The notes beneath the pieces are model-generated. The model saw only the letters and a program-made list of their open reading frames with translations. It ran no database searches and was not told the DNA's origin. 64,000 nt of DNA from Bugula neritina (lineage: Eukaryota; Animalia; Bryozoa), in assembly GCA_964035545.1 (NCBI GenBank), contig OZ037765.1, positions 2,232,001-2,296,000 of the forward strand, read 5' to 3'. This document shows positions 14,030 to 25,893 of the stretch, piece by piece (the first letter of the stretch is position 1; the number at the start of each line of letters is the position of its first letter). The translations under genes and the position numbers were made by a program.

Positions 14030-16891
14030 TTATTTTGTGCAGACGACACAAGTCAGCTGTTTGTTTGCCTCATAAGGTGGACATTGCCCTGTGGTGCCAT
14101 CTCCAGAGCAGTCAGTTCTTACAAAATAGAACAAAGCTCCGTTAGTATTTCCCTCCATTCCTCTGAGGTGTTCTGGCTCAGCATCCACACACTCATAGGT
14201 GGTAGGGTGAGGATGGTTGTGGTGATGAGTCATCAAGTAGCCTGCAAACAAAGTTTCATGCAATATACTAATTCAAAGAATACCTATATAGTTCTATTGA
14301 TTTGTTAATGTTTTAAGAATAATTGTATGACTGTAGGTTTCTATAAAAGAAAATAGCAGAAGTTAACGCAATAAAAGTGTTTAGGTTTAGCTTTTAGTAA
14401 AAACTTTTTATAGATTTTTTCAATTATTGTACATTGTCACACTGCAAATTAATTTTTATCAGTGAATCAAAATAGATGAATGAAATAAACAAAATATAAG
14501 CAGTTAGTTTCCATCAGCACTAGTCTGTTTCATGTAACTTTTTTATTGAGATTAAATTCAAATTTAGTCATGAGTATTTCAAAAGATCACACATTTTGTG
14601 TGTTTTTCAATTTATTAAATTTACTGCTTAGAGATACTTTAAAAACTTTAGATGTTATCAATATAATAAAATCCAACTTTTAATAACACCATTTATTAAA
14701 TGTACCTTCATATTCTTTAGTCCATTTAGCTGGACATTGCCTTTTAGCTGGAATCATAACAACAGCAGACCTGGTTTTAGTGTAGCATCTAGCACATGGT
14801 ACATTCTGATTAAAAGTTGAATCAGGAAAGATATCTTGATGTGTTCCAGTTTCATATTCAACTCCACTTATCCAATCACCCCACCAGTCGTTACCTCCAG
14901 TGTAGTATTTGTTGTACTGAGGGTCTTTAAGTGGTAGACATTGATAGTTGACTCCACCCCCAGTGTGAGTGAGATGAGAACCTCCAGCAAATCCTGAAGT
15001 CAGAGAACATGTAAACACTATCACTCTGCTTTAAAGATTTCTTCATATTTAACTTACAATGATGTGTACATGCTTTGCAATACCTCCATAAAGTGTGGTT
15101 GAAACACTTTCACAAGCGTGTCTCCCCCATCTGGTGTACACAGCTCCACTTTCAACCACAGATGTAGCACCTGGAAGTCCAGGAACACCACGTATTCCTT
15201 GGACACCAGAAGCCCCTTTAGTTCCTTTTATACCATCATCGCCTTTATCTCCTTTTGCTCCATCTACTCCCCTGTTTCCTTTAGTACCTGGTAAACCAGG
15301 CAAACCTCGAAATCCAGATGCTCCTTTATCTCCCTTCTGTCCTGGAAATCCATCTCTTCCTGTAGAAAGACTTTACTTGAGTATTTTTATACTGTCTCTT
15401 AGTTATTTGGTTACTGTCTACTAGTTAGATGTTTACTGCCTTCCAGTTATCTGTTTTGCCAACAAAGTCACTGTGCAGTTTATTGTAAGCATTGAGTTAC
15501 CAGAGCAGATGTATGCTTGTGAAATAAAATACAGATACTGTATCAACTCTGTCTGTAATACATGACTCACCATCTCTACCATCTCTGCCATTTACACCAT
15601 CTTTTCCAGAAACTCCTCTGACTCCTTGCATGAAATAAAAAGGATATGAAATTTTGTTATTGCTAACTATATTCAGAACTGACTTAGTTTAAATGGAACT
15701 CTTTCTCTATTTCTTACCACTTAAGAGTTATCACCTACCAAAAATACAGATCTGATTTAGTAATTTGGCCGTATCTTCATCATAACTGACTTCTAAGTCA
15801 TCTGCTTCAGGTAGTTGTCCATTGAGTAGCTGCAAGATAGTCAGTAACAAGTACAAGACTCCATTTTTAAAGTAACAATTATATCTGTACGTGATGGAGA
15901 ATTTCAAGTGCCTCAAGTCCATGCTACTAACATGACTTTATGCACAAACGGCATTTTGTAAAATTTATAGGTACTTAGACAATAGTAAGTGGACTGCAAA
16001 TCGTTCTATAAAAAACGAACCCAGGATTCTCTTGAGGTTACCAAGAGGTAGAGATCAAAGGTCAACTTAGTAATGAAACATATTTATACTGATTAGTTGA
16101 AAATTAAAAACAAATTATCTTTATATTTCCTTATAATAAATGACCAGTGAGGGACTTGCAGTATTCCAAGAGGTATTAGCTATCAAACAATAATACTTGT
16201 TATCTGTTGGTTCTACAGCATAAAAAATGAAGATTTTAGGCAGAGACAATCCTGTTTTATAGAATAACAATTAATTTGTAAACGCAAGAAACTGATTTAT
16301 CAATAAAACTCACAGCATGAAGTAGTGAGTTTATAGTGTGACGTTGAGAGTGAATCAGATTTCTTAAATCTTCATTTACTTGACTTTGCTCTTTCATTTT
16401 GAGTTCTTGTTCTTTCATCTTGTCTTCCAGTGACTTCAGTCTGTCTTCAAGTTCCTGAGTTTCCTTCTGGTGTAACTCTAGACTCTCTAATCTGTCTTCC
16501 AAACTCTGTATTTTACTCTGGAGTACTTCTGCATACTCTTTAAACTCTTCACTGGGCAGCACAGTACCAGATGCATAGCCAAGTAGGGTACAGAGTGCCA
16601 GCAAAACGTGTGCTAAAATTTCAAAAGATTACTGCTTAGTTATATATATATATTTTGTTGCTTTTTAGCCATCAATTGGCTGTAATTTATGTTCAAATTT
16701 GATAATGAATATTTTCCAATATTGCACCTGAAGCAATATTCTATTTAAATACGCCTTAGTTGTTATTAAAAATAATAGTAATTAATAAGCCAGACATAGC
16801 TTAGCATTCAGCAATAACAGAGCCACACATGTGACACATTACAAACTATCAGTATCTTATATTCATTAAACCTACCTGACTTCAAGTCCAT
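14030..16891 (-). CDS. Short-chain collagen C4-like protein, copy 3 (28 triplets)
   Basis: Same structure; exon 5 shorter by 72 bp and exon 4 by 18 bp, both in frame. Confidence 0.9.
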
Positions 16892-18302
16892 CTTCACCTC
16901 TGCTATTCAGTGTTATGATTAGAGATTCACAATTTATTTAACTTATTTGTTCAAGGAGCCAATCAGGGGCTTCCAAGCACAAAAGCCAATTTCACTTTAC
17001 TATTGAGTGAATGAATGTTTTTTTGTGGTTTTGTGGTTATAAATTTTACATTTGCATCATAAATCAAACCTCCCCTATTGAATTGCAAATTTTTGCAAAC
17101 TTTCTAGCTATTTACAACATGTATTTTTTAGTTTTATGTCTGATAACATGTATTCTCACTGATTATATAGCTATAGACTACATTCTACTATTCCCTAATG
17201 ATGTTGAATACAATTTTTCATTCTGGGTTTTTGCTCACTTTTCACAAATGTTTATTGTTTTTAACAATTAATGTACTTTTAAATTGTTTGTAATCTTGCC
17301 ACTGTTGCTTTGGTGCGTAGTGTGATATAATAAGATTCCTTAAAGCATTGAGTTTTGTAACTTCTAAAACTAATAAAAGTAGCAGACACAGTGACTGAAT
17401 GACAAAACTTATTAAACTACATTTGACACTACATTTTAGCTGTAATTGACTAATTTATTTCACAAGTATATCATGGAATTTGTAATTTTAAAGCTATCAT
17501 ATCCTTCTATTAACAATAAGAAGATAATATAATAAACTAATTGAAAACGTAAATAAATGCAAACTTATTAACCTATCATTGAATGTGATGTACAAGTCTT
17601 GACACCACATAAAGCCTTTATACGTCTTCACTGTAAGAGTTGACTTGATTGAACTCTAGAAGGAAGTGTGTTGGTATTTGATAAGTAAAGAGAAGAGATT
17701 GTATCTCTATACAGCTTTGTGTGTTTGCATATTACGTTTGACGTAAATACTATTGCAAATACCATATCTATGTCAATTGCCCATTTGTATTGTATAGCTT
17801 TTTCTTTATATTATTTATTAGCAATGCAATGAAATTAAATATCAGGTATTTCTTTTATAGTTGCAACATAGTCAATGCAGCAACGCGTCTACTTTGTATA
17901 TGCAATGTGCTGCTCTTTAAATTCTTCAGCTGCTGAGAAGGTTGCTATATAAATCCTAACTATATAGTATCTCCCCTTAAGGATAATCATATCACATTGA
18001 ATAAAGACTTGAGTGTTTCTGCCTTCTTTCATGCTTGACTTTTTATTTGATTATGAATAGAAACTTTCTGCTTCTATAAGTTTTCAGGTTTTTGAGGCCG
18101 ACTATAGAAATGTTCGCAGAACTTACATTATAAAACTTTTACACACACTGGAATCTGAACCCAATACCTTCAGCTTACAAGCAGGCGTACTAGCCTCTAT
18201 ACAACACAGGGCTATCGGGTAATCTCAGCATTACACCCCACCCTGTTCTCCCCACTGCACTTGTCTATCTACTACTCTTTCCTGGCTTCTTAACTCCTTT
18301 GA

Positions 18303-18470
18303 AGTACTACTATACTACTGCTGCTGCTACTACAACTGCTGCTACTACTACTACTACTACTGCTACTACTACTACTGCTACTGCTGCTGCTGCTACTGCT
18401 GCTGCTGCTACTGCTGCTGCTGCTACTACTGCTGCATGCTGATTTCGCTGCATGCCGCTGCTGCTGCTAC
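18303..18470. repeat. Compound (TAC)n/(TGC)n trinucleotide microsatellite
   Basis: Directly visible; absent from the other array units. Confidence 0.95.
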
Positions 18471-19155
18471 TACACTTCACTGAAGACAGAAATGGCTCAT
18501 AAAACCACTGCCCCCCCCCCCCCATTAACTTGAGATCTGTAGTTTGTAAGCAACTATTACACCACAGAGGCTATTGCAGTGGGTAACCTCAACACTACAT
18601 CCATGAATTTTTTCAAAAAACCCTCCAAATATCAATATTGGAAATTAATTTAAGTCACATGCCTGCAAAGCATATTGTCGTGGAAAAAAACATTTTAAAC
18701 AACACCATTATTTGTAAGAGTTTCTGTGTTATCCTCAATTTAGCTGGATGTCCAGCACCATAGCTAAATAGTTACTACTTTACTAATAGTCAACCAATTA
18801 AAAAAAGCTTATTTCAGCTATTATCATACATAATAAACTAATATAAACGCAGACATGGCATGGATATTTTAAAAGATAAGACATATTTGTGTAAATAATA
18901 AACTTTTATTTATTACATGTACTATATATATAAGAATGACATAAGTTTGTGCTTTTAGCTTAATTAACTTTGACATTAGAGTGGTTAGTAAATTTATAAC
19001 CAAAAAGATATACTTTTTAAAAAAATTAATTATTAAGCCCAGAAAGCATCTGTTTTAATTTAACAACACTTGAGATTGTTTAAAGATGAAAAGTCCGAGC
19101 AAAACTGAAGAAAAGTGGTTAATGGGTTATGCTATTGAAAACTCATTTAACAAAG

Positions 19156-19198
19156 TTATTTAGTACAGACAACATGGTTCAGTTGTTTCTTAGCCTCA
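19156..19198 (-). pseudogene. Relic second copy of the collagen terminal-exon end
   Basis: Translates EAKKQLNHVVCTK* (cf. EANKQLTCVVCTK*) and is followed by a diverged version of the family 3' UTR. Confidence 0.75.
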
Positions 19199-19298
19199 CT
19201 TGTCTAATTAATTATTTGCCTTATTAGGTTAAAATCAATAAAATTGTTGTTAGCATTGAGTATTCCAATACTATAAGCTTGAGTCAGACCGCCTTCAG

Positions 19299-22200
19299 CT
19301 ATTTAGTGCAGACGACACAAGTCAGCTGTTTGTTTGCCTCATAAGGTGGACATTGCCCTGTAGTGCCTTTTCCAGAGCAGTCAGTTCTTACAAAAAAGAA
19401 AAAAGCTCCTTCAGCCTTTGCCTCCATTCCTCTGATGTATTCTGGCTTAGCATCCACACACTCGTAGGTGGTAGGGTGAGCATGGTTATAGTGATTAGTC
19501 ATCAAGTAGCCTACAAGCATGAGGTTTATTGCAGTTCATTCATTTAGTTTATAATCATTAATCTTTATTAACATGAAATTTAGTGTACTTTCTCAATTGT
19601 TATTTTATTGATTATGGATACTTTAAAGTTGGGATGGTAGCAGACCCAAAGAACAAATCTTTAGAAGCTATTTGAAATGTCAATTTACTATAAAGGCAGC
19701 CAAGTCAAACAAAGTACTATCGGAAGCTTGTAGAAAATTAGGCCTTCAACACTGTGCTTAAATGCCAGCTTCAATTGTCTGGAGTGTGGCTCATTATGCT
19801 TATTATAGTTAACCCAAACACTCAGCCTGGTCAGGTCTCATATAGTGTGTATAGAATTCGAAGATGTGGCAAATGAGAATCTGTTGGAAACATTAATATT
19901 AAAGTATTAAAACGTAGATTATCTATATAAGATTATAAGGTGACAGAGAGCTTCAGAAAGTAACGATTTCTCAGTTGCTAACTTGGTATAAAATAAAACC
20001 TAGCACTGAAAATCAGTTAATCTAATCTCTAAAACTAGTAATCTGCTCAGTCAGTGTAAAAATATCAAATTCAAACTTTTAATGAAAATAATTAATTCAA
20101 TGTACCTTCATATTCTTTAGTCCACGTAGCTGGACAATGCCTTTTAGCTGGAATCATTACAACAGCAGATCTGGTTTTAGTGTAGCATCTGGCACATGGT
20201 ACGTTCTGATTATAAGTTGAATCAGGAAATATGTCTTGATGTTTTCCAGTTTCATATTCAACTCCACTTATCCAATCACCCCACCAGGCTGCACTTCCAG
20301 TATAGTATTTGTTGTACTGGGGGTCTTTAAGAGGTAGACATTGATAGTTGACTCCGCCCCCAGTGTGAGTGTAATAAGAACCTCCAGCAAATCCTGAAAT
20401 CAGAGAACATGTAAACACTATCACTCTGTTCTGAAGGTTCCCATATAGTTAACTTACAATAATGTGTACATACTTCACAATACCTTCATAAAGTGTAACT
20501 GAAACACTTTCACAAGCGCGTCTCCCCCATCTGGTGTACACAGCTCCACTTTCAACCACAGATGTAGCACCTGGAAGTCCGGGAACACCACGTATTCCTT
20601 GGACACCACTAGCCCCTTTAGCACCTTTTATGCCATCATTGCCTTTAGCTCCTTTAGCTCCATCTACTCCCCTGTTTCCCTTAGTACCTGGTAAACCGGT
20701 AGGTCCTGTAGCTCCGTCACTTCCCTGCTCACCAATAGCTCCCTCTTCTCCCTTTGGACCTGGTAAACCAGGCAAACCTTGAAATCCAGATGTTCCTTTA
20801 TCTCCCTTCTGTCCTGGAAATCCATCTCTTCCTGTAGAAAGAATTTACTTGAGTATTTTATACTGTCTCTAAGTTATCTGTTTACTGTCTCCTAGTTGGA
20901 TGTTTACTGCCTTCCAGTTATCTGTTTTGCCAACAAAGTCACTGTGCAGTTTATTGTAAGCATTGAGTTACCAGAGCAGATGTATGCTTGTGAAATAAAA
21001 TACAGATACTGTATCAATTCTGTCTGTAATACATGACTCACCATCTCTACCATCTCTGCCATTTACACCATCTTTTCCATCATCTCCATCTTTTCCAGAA
21101 ACTCCTCTGACTCCTTGAAATAACAGAAATTCATGGAATATTTTGTTATCGCTAACTATTCGGAACTGACTTAGTTTAAATGGAACTCTTTCTCTGTTTC
21201 TTACCACTTAAGAGTTATCACCTACCAAAAATACAAATCTGATTTAGTAATTTGGCCGTATCTTCATCATAACTGACTTCTAAGTCATCTGCTTCAGCTA
21301 GTTGTCCATTGAGTAGCTGCAAGATAGTCAGTAACAAGTATAAGACTCCATTTTTAAAGTAACAATTATATCAGCATGTGATGAAGAATTTCAAGTGCCT
21401 CAAGTCCATGCTACTATTTTGACTTGATAGTTATTGCATAGCACTAAATAAAAAATGGGGTTAAGTACATGACTTGGAGATTGTTAAATAGCACGAATAA
21501 AGTATAAATCAACGTTTTCCTGACGTTAGCTTTGACTTTAGGAAGGACTAGCTACTACTTTAGGCACAAAAACTATTCTGTAAGATTAGTTTATTTGGCA
21601 ATACAAAGGTTTTATAACAATCATCGCAATTTTCACATATCACAAGTTAAAGAGATTCAAGGTTTCGTCCAGATTACCAGGAGGTATAGGTCAAAGGTCA
21701 ATACTGTTTTAGTACATGCCTAATATTTTATAAAAAATATTTTTACTAGAAAGTTGAAAATTGAAAAATAAAGTATCTTTATATCCCTTTGTTAAATAAC
21801 GACCTCAGTTAATGACCTAAAATTATGAGACTATAGAATACTTTTCAGCTGTTGGTTACACAGAATACAAAGTGAGGATTTTAAGCAGACACCACCCAGT
21901 TTTATAGAATAACAATTAATTTGTAAACGCAAGAAGCTGATTTAACAATAAAACTCACAGCATGAAGTAGTGAGTTGATAGTGTGACGTTGAGAGTGAAT
22001 CAGATTTCTTAAATCTTCATTTACTTGACTTTGCTCTTTCATTTTGAGTTTTTGTTCTTTCATCTTGTCTTCTAGTGACTTCAGTCTGTCTTCAAGTTCC
22101 TGAGTTTCCTTCTGGTGTAACTCTAGACTCTCTAATCTGTCTTCCAAACTCTGTATTTTACTCTGGAGTACTTCTGCATACTCTTTAAACTCTTCACTGG

Positions 22201-22536
22201 GCAGTACAGTGCCACATGCATAGCCAAGTAGGGTACAGAGTGCCAGCAAAACATGTGCTAAAATTTCAAAAGATTAAACTGCTTAGTTTTATATATATTT
22301 TTTGTTGCTTTTTAGCCATCAAGACTGTAATTTATGTTCAAATTTGATAATGAATATTTTCCTATATTGTACCTGAAGTAATATTCTAGTTAAATACTCA
22401 TTAGTTGTTATAAATAATAATAGTGATTAATAAGCCAGACATAGCTTAGCATTCAGCAATAACAGAGCCACACATGTGACACATTACAAACTATCAGTAT
22501 CTTATATTCACTAAACCTACCTGACTTCAAGTCCAT
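19299..22536 (-). CDS. Short-chain collagen C4-like protein, copy 4 (38 triplets)
   Basis: Same 7 exons; last intron and 3' flank differ from copies 1-3. Confidence 0.88.
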
Positions 22537-23725
22537 CTTCATCTCTGCTATGCAGCGTTATGATTAGAGATTCAGAATTTATTTAAATTATTTTTTCAAG
22601 AAGCCAATCAGGTGCTGCAAAGCACAAAAGCTAATGTTTCTATTTGTTATTGAGTAAATGAATAAATTCAGATGATTAGGTTTCACATTTATGTCCTATT
22701 ATATTAAATTTACCCTATTATACATTGCAGGTGTTTACAAACTTTTCAATTGTTTACAATGATTTTATTTTAAAATTCCGTCTTATTGTCTCGTGAATTA
22801 AATTTCTTTAATTATTCAGATGCTAGCAAACTTTTTAAATACTACTTGTAAAAAAATTGTTTTATACCCCACACCTGATTATATTATATATCCCCAGTTA
22901 GTTAGCTACACATTATGTCATACTAAGATGTATAGTTAATGAAGCCATCTCGTTATATACTTGATTTTGTACTAAAAACCCAAAATATTCCACAATTACA
23001 GCCAAAAGAAATGTGACTTACCGTCGCAGGAAGTTTACATTGCTTCACAATAACAGCTAAATATAACAGCCTATAGCCATTCTCTATTTAGAGAATACTT
23101 CTAACCATACTTTAACACATATTTTGAAAGACAACTCTTTATTCTAAGCATCTAAGTTATATTCTTTGTTTTAGTATTGAATTGATTTCAAATATCTCTA
23201 CTTTATAGTTTATGTGAATTTAGCAGATGACAAAATGCCTGACAATTGTTCTTTGCACCTTGACAACTGGATGCTAATGTAATCTTATATACGTTCTTTT
23301 TTGTGAGCATTTCTATATACAACAGTCTCATTTATATGACTCCTTACTTCTTAGGCTTTCGTCACAGTAAGTTAACTGACTGACGGCAGAGCCTTGTTTC
23401 AAGCTAGTTACTAGTTTTATTACAGTTTTCGGCATTGCCTAAAGATCTTTACCTACTAAAACAAATTATAAAGAATAAAATTGTTTAAAAGTTAGGTAGA
23501 GTTCAGTTTTAATAAACTGAGTCTTAGAAGATTGGGAAGAAAAGATTAGAAAATACATATAATTAAGTTTTTGGAAACTGACACAATTTCTGCAAAGTAT
23601 GACAGACAACACGGCTCTAGCTAAACAAGGAGTTATACAAATAAGTGTAGTTTTTGTAGATGAAAAGGGAAAGCATCTTACCAAGTAAGTCTATAGTTTA
23701 CTGTTTAACTTATAGTCTGAGTATA

Positions 23726-23939
23726 TGGAATATAATGCGGTTTATAGTCTTTAGCAGATAAGCTACAAGCTAACCTGAGACGATTGGCTAACTGCCTTAC
23801 AAGCATTCGGATTCCCTACCGGATTTCCTACCAGCTTGTACGGCTTGGATATTGGCTATTGTGAGAGTGAAAGTAAAAGTAAAGACTGCACGAGGGAACT
23901 CTTAAACTGACTGTCAAGTAAGTCGAACGTGATATTACA
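23726..23939 (+). repeat. 5' LTR
   Basis: TGGAATATAATGCGG...ATTACA, directly repeated at 26289-26501. Confidence 0.95.
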
Positions 23940-23957
23940 TGGCGCAGTCGGCAGGAT
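23940..23957 (+). promoter_or_regulatory. Primer binding site complementary to the tRNA-Ser 3' end
   Basis: TGGCGCAGTCGGCAGGAT immediately after the LTR is the reverse complement of ATCCTGCCGACTGCG-CCA, a tRNA-Ser-type 3' end. Confidence 0.85.
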
Positions 23958-23974
23958 TGTAGACAATCAACAGT

Positions 23975-24155
23975 AGAGAAGGAGTGAATAGTGGAGAAGA
24001 AATAAAGAGTGGAGCAGAATCAAATAGTGGAGTTTGGAGAAGAATCAAATAGTGGAGAAAAGTGAATAGTGGAGCAGAATCAAATAATAGAGGAGAGACA
24101 TTTGTGGAGTTTAGTTTGTGTTATCAGTAGAGTAAGAGTAAGAGTTAGTGGAGTG
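23975..24155 (+). repeat. Purine-rich leader repeats (GAATCAAATAGTGGAG-like) with seven GTGGAG cores
   Basis: GTGGAG at 23991, 24009, 24027, 24052, 24069, 24104, 24148. Confidence 0.8.
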
Positions 24156-24323
24156 ACAGTGAAATATCAATATTATTATTTATAATTCGGTTAGAGTATT
24201 AGATTTGATAAATTCAAATTTAATTTTAGGTTTAAGGATTAACAGGGTTATTAAAATAATTAAGCTTTCTGGTAGTGATAATTAAAATTTTAAATTTTAT
24301 ATCACGCTCACATTCAGATCATA

Positions 24324-25802
24324 ATGGCAACTAACACTAGGTTCACCGACCTCAATCGGTTTCCTAAGTTAGTTTTGAGCTCCGATAATCAGAGTGATTG
24401 TTTTAAGAAATGGTTGGTAAAATACAACCTGTCAGTTCGATTAGCAACCCTTGAAATGGGTACTGAAATGCTGTCCAGTATTGCAGTAAATAGATTTAGA
24501 GGTGAAGCTAAGTTTTTAGCTCTGCTCAATGCCATTGGAGATGAGGGTATTGATGTGTTACAATCTTTAGGATTTGATCTTGAAAGGAATGATGACACTG
24601 CTCATGATGATGCTTTAAATTTGTTGAAAGGCCACTATGAGAAAACAGAAAATGTCCATGTGGCTTGGGTTAAAGCAGCAACTTTGTCTCAAACATGTGG
24701 CGAAGATGAGCTAGAGTATTTGCTACGTGTTGAGAAACATAGTAGAAATTTAGGATTTATTGAAGGGGCTAATGTGGAAGACCTTAGACAAAGGTTTGCT
24801 ATTAGTATGGCAGTAGTTGGTTTAAGAGATGAATATCTGAGAAGACAACTTATGCTTAATGAAAATATCACTTGGAAAGCGTTGTCTGATATTTTGAAGA
24901 CTAGGAATATTGCTAGAGAATCTGCTGCAATGGTTTCTGAGGTTAGATCTAGTAGTTCTAATTTGAATAATAACTTTGCTAACGTTGCTGAAGTTAGAAC
25001 TAAATCTGATAGAGTAGGGACTAGGAGGTCATCTCATTATGATAATGATAGACATGAAGGTAGATATAGTTCTAGAGATAATAGTCGAGATTATTCTCGC
25101 CACAAATCTCCAGACTATAGGAGTAGACATAGAGCTAGCAGTAATAGTAGTAGTAGCAGTTCAGACAGTTTATGTTATGTTTGTCATAAACCTGAGCATG
25201 TTGCTAGGAATTGTCCGAAAATAAGATGTTATGCATGTGGAAAACATGCCCACATAGCAAGAGACTGTAGAATGCGTAGGTCTTACAAGGACAAAGATTA
25301 CTCTAGTAGAAGTAACTATAGAAGTCAAAGGAGTAGTAGCTCAGATAGAGAATGGTCAGTGGATAGTAAAGATAAATCTTCCTGGAGACCACCTAGAACT
25401 AGAGCTGCCAGCTCTAGTAAGGTTAAATTTATTGATAGTGAACCATACGATAGAGCTGAAACATGGAAACAGAATCTTAGTGTTAATGATAGAAATATTG
25501 AGTTTGTTTTAGATACTGGTGCAGATGTGTCTACAATTACTGAAGACACAAGTAAAACATTAGCACTTAAGCTTCACGAAAGTGATAGAGTTTTGAAGAG
25601 TGCCGACAACTCCCAGCTCTCAGTGTTAGGCAAAGCTGAGGTTGTTTTAGAAAGCAAGTTCAAGAAAACAGTAACTAACCTGTATGTTATTAAAGGTTCT
25701 AAGTATAATATACTAGGTTTGAAGGAATTGAAGAACCATAGTCTGTTAACTGTAGTTAGCACTGAGGCTCAGTTGGTCTCTTGGAGAAATACATTGAAGT
25801 AG
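24324..25802 (+). CDS. gag: Gag-protease polyprotein, 492 aa (capsid, RS-rich linker, two CCHC zinc knuckles, retropepsin)
   Basis: Capsid-like LLNAIG..G and VGLRDEYLRRQLM; knuckles CYVCHKPEHVARNC and CYACGKHAHIARDC; protease FVLDTGAD and ILG motifs. Confidence 0.92.
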   Translation: MATNTRFTDLNRFPKLVLSSDNQSDCFKKWLVKYNLSVRLATLEMGTEMLSSIAVNRFRGEAKFLALLNAIGDEGIDVLQSLGFDLERNDDTAHDDALNLLKGHYEKTENVHVAWVKAATLSQTCGEDELEYLLRVEKHSRNLGFIEGANVEDLRQRFAISMAVVGLRDEYLRRQLMLNENITWKALSDILKTRNIARESAAMVSEVRSSSSNLNNNFANVAEVRTKSDRVGTRRSSHYDNDRHEGRYSSRDNSRDYSRHKSPDYRSRHRASSNSSSSSSDSLCYVCHKPEHVARNCPKIRCYACGKHAHIARDCRMRRSYKDKDYSSRSNYRSQRSSSSDREWSVDSKDKSSWRPPRTRAASSSKVKFIDSEPYDRAETWKQNLSVNDRNIEFVLDTGADVSTITEDTSKTLALKLHESDRVLKSADNSQLSVLGKAEVVLESKFKKTVTNLYVIKGSKYNILGLKELKNHSLLTVVSTEAQLVSWRNTLK

Positions 25803-25893
25803 CAGTAGTGACTTCTAGCACTTAGTTATAGCTAGGAAAATTACCAGTGGGCGACCTAGGTCAAACACCTGGTAAAGCGGATGCGCAGGAAGT

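Larger units (their letters stand above)
1..22700 (-). repeat. Tandem gene array (unit ~4.7-5.6 kb) of short-chain collagen C4-like genes, at least 5 units, continuing off the left edge
   Basis: Near-identical exons, introns and intergenic blocks recur; start codons at 993, 7547, 12213, 16891, 22536. Confidence 0.95.

Noticed and set aside
15731-15922. Alternative start MDLRH... in collagen intron 2, resembling exon 1 and in frame with exon 3
   Set aside because: Open only in copy 3; frameshifted in copies 1 and 2 and stopped in copy 4
18310-18525. Poly-Ala/Val ORF (also the His-Thr and Cys-Val ORFs at 49134-49396 and 51152-51600)
   Set aside because: Microsatellite translation artefacts
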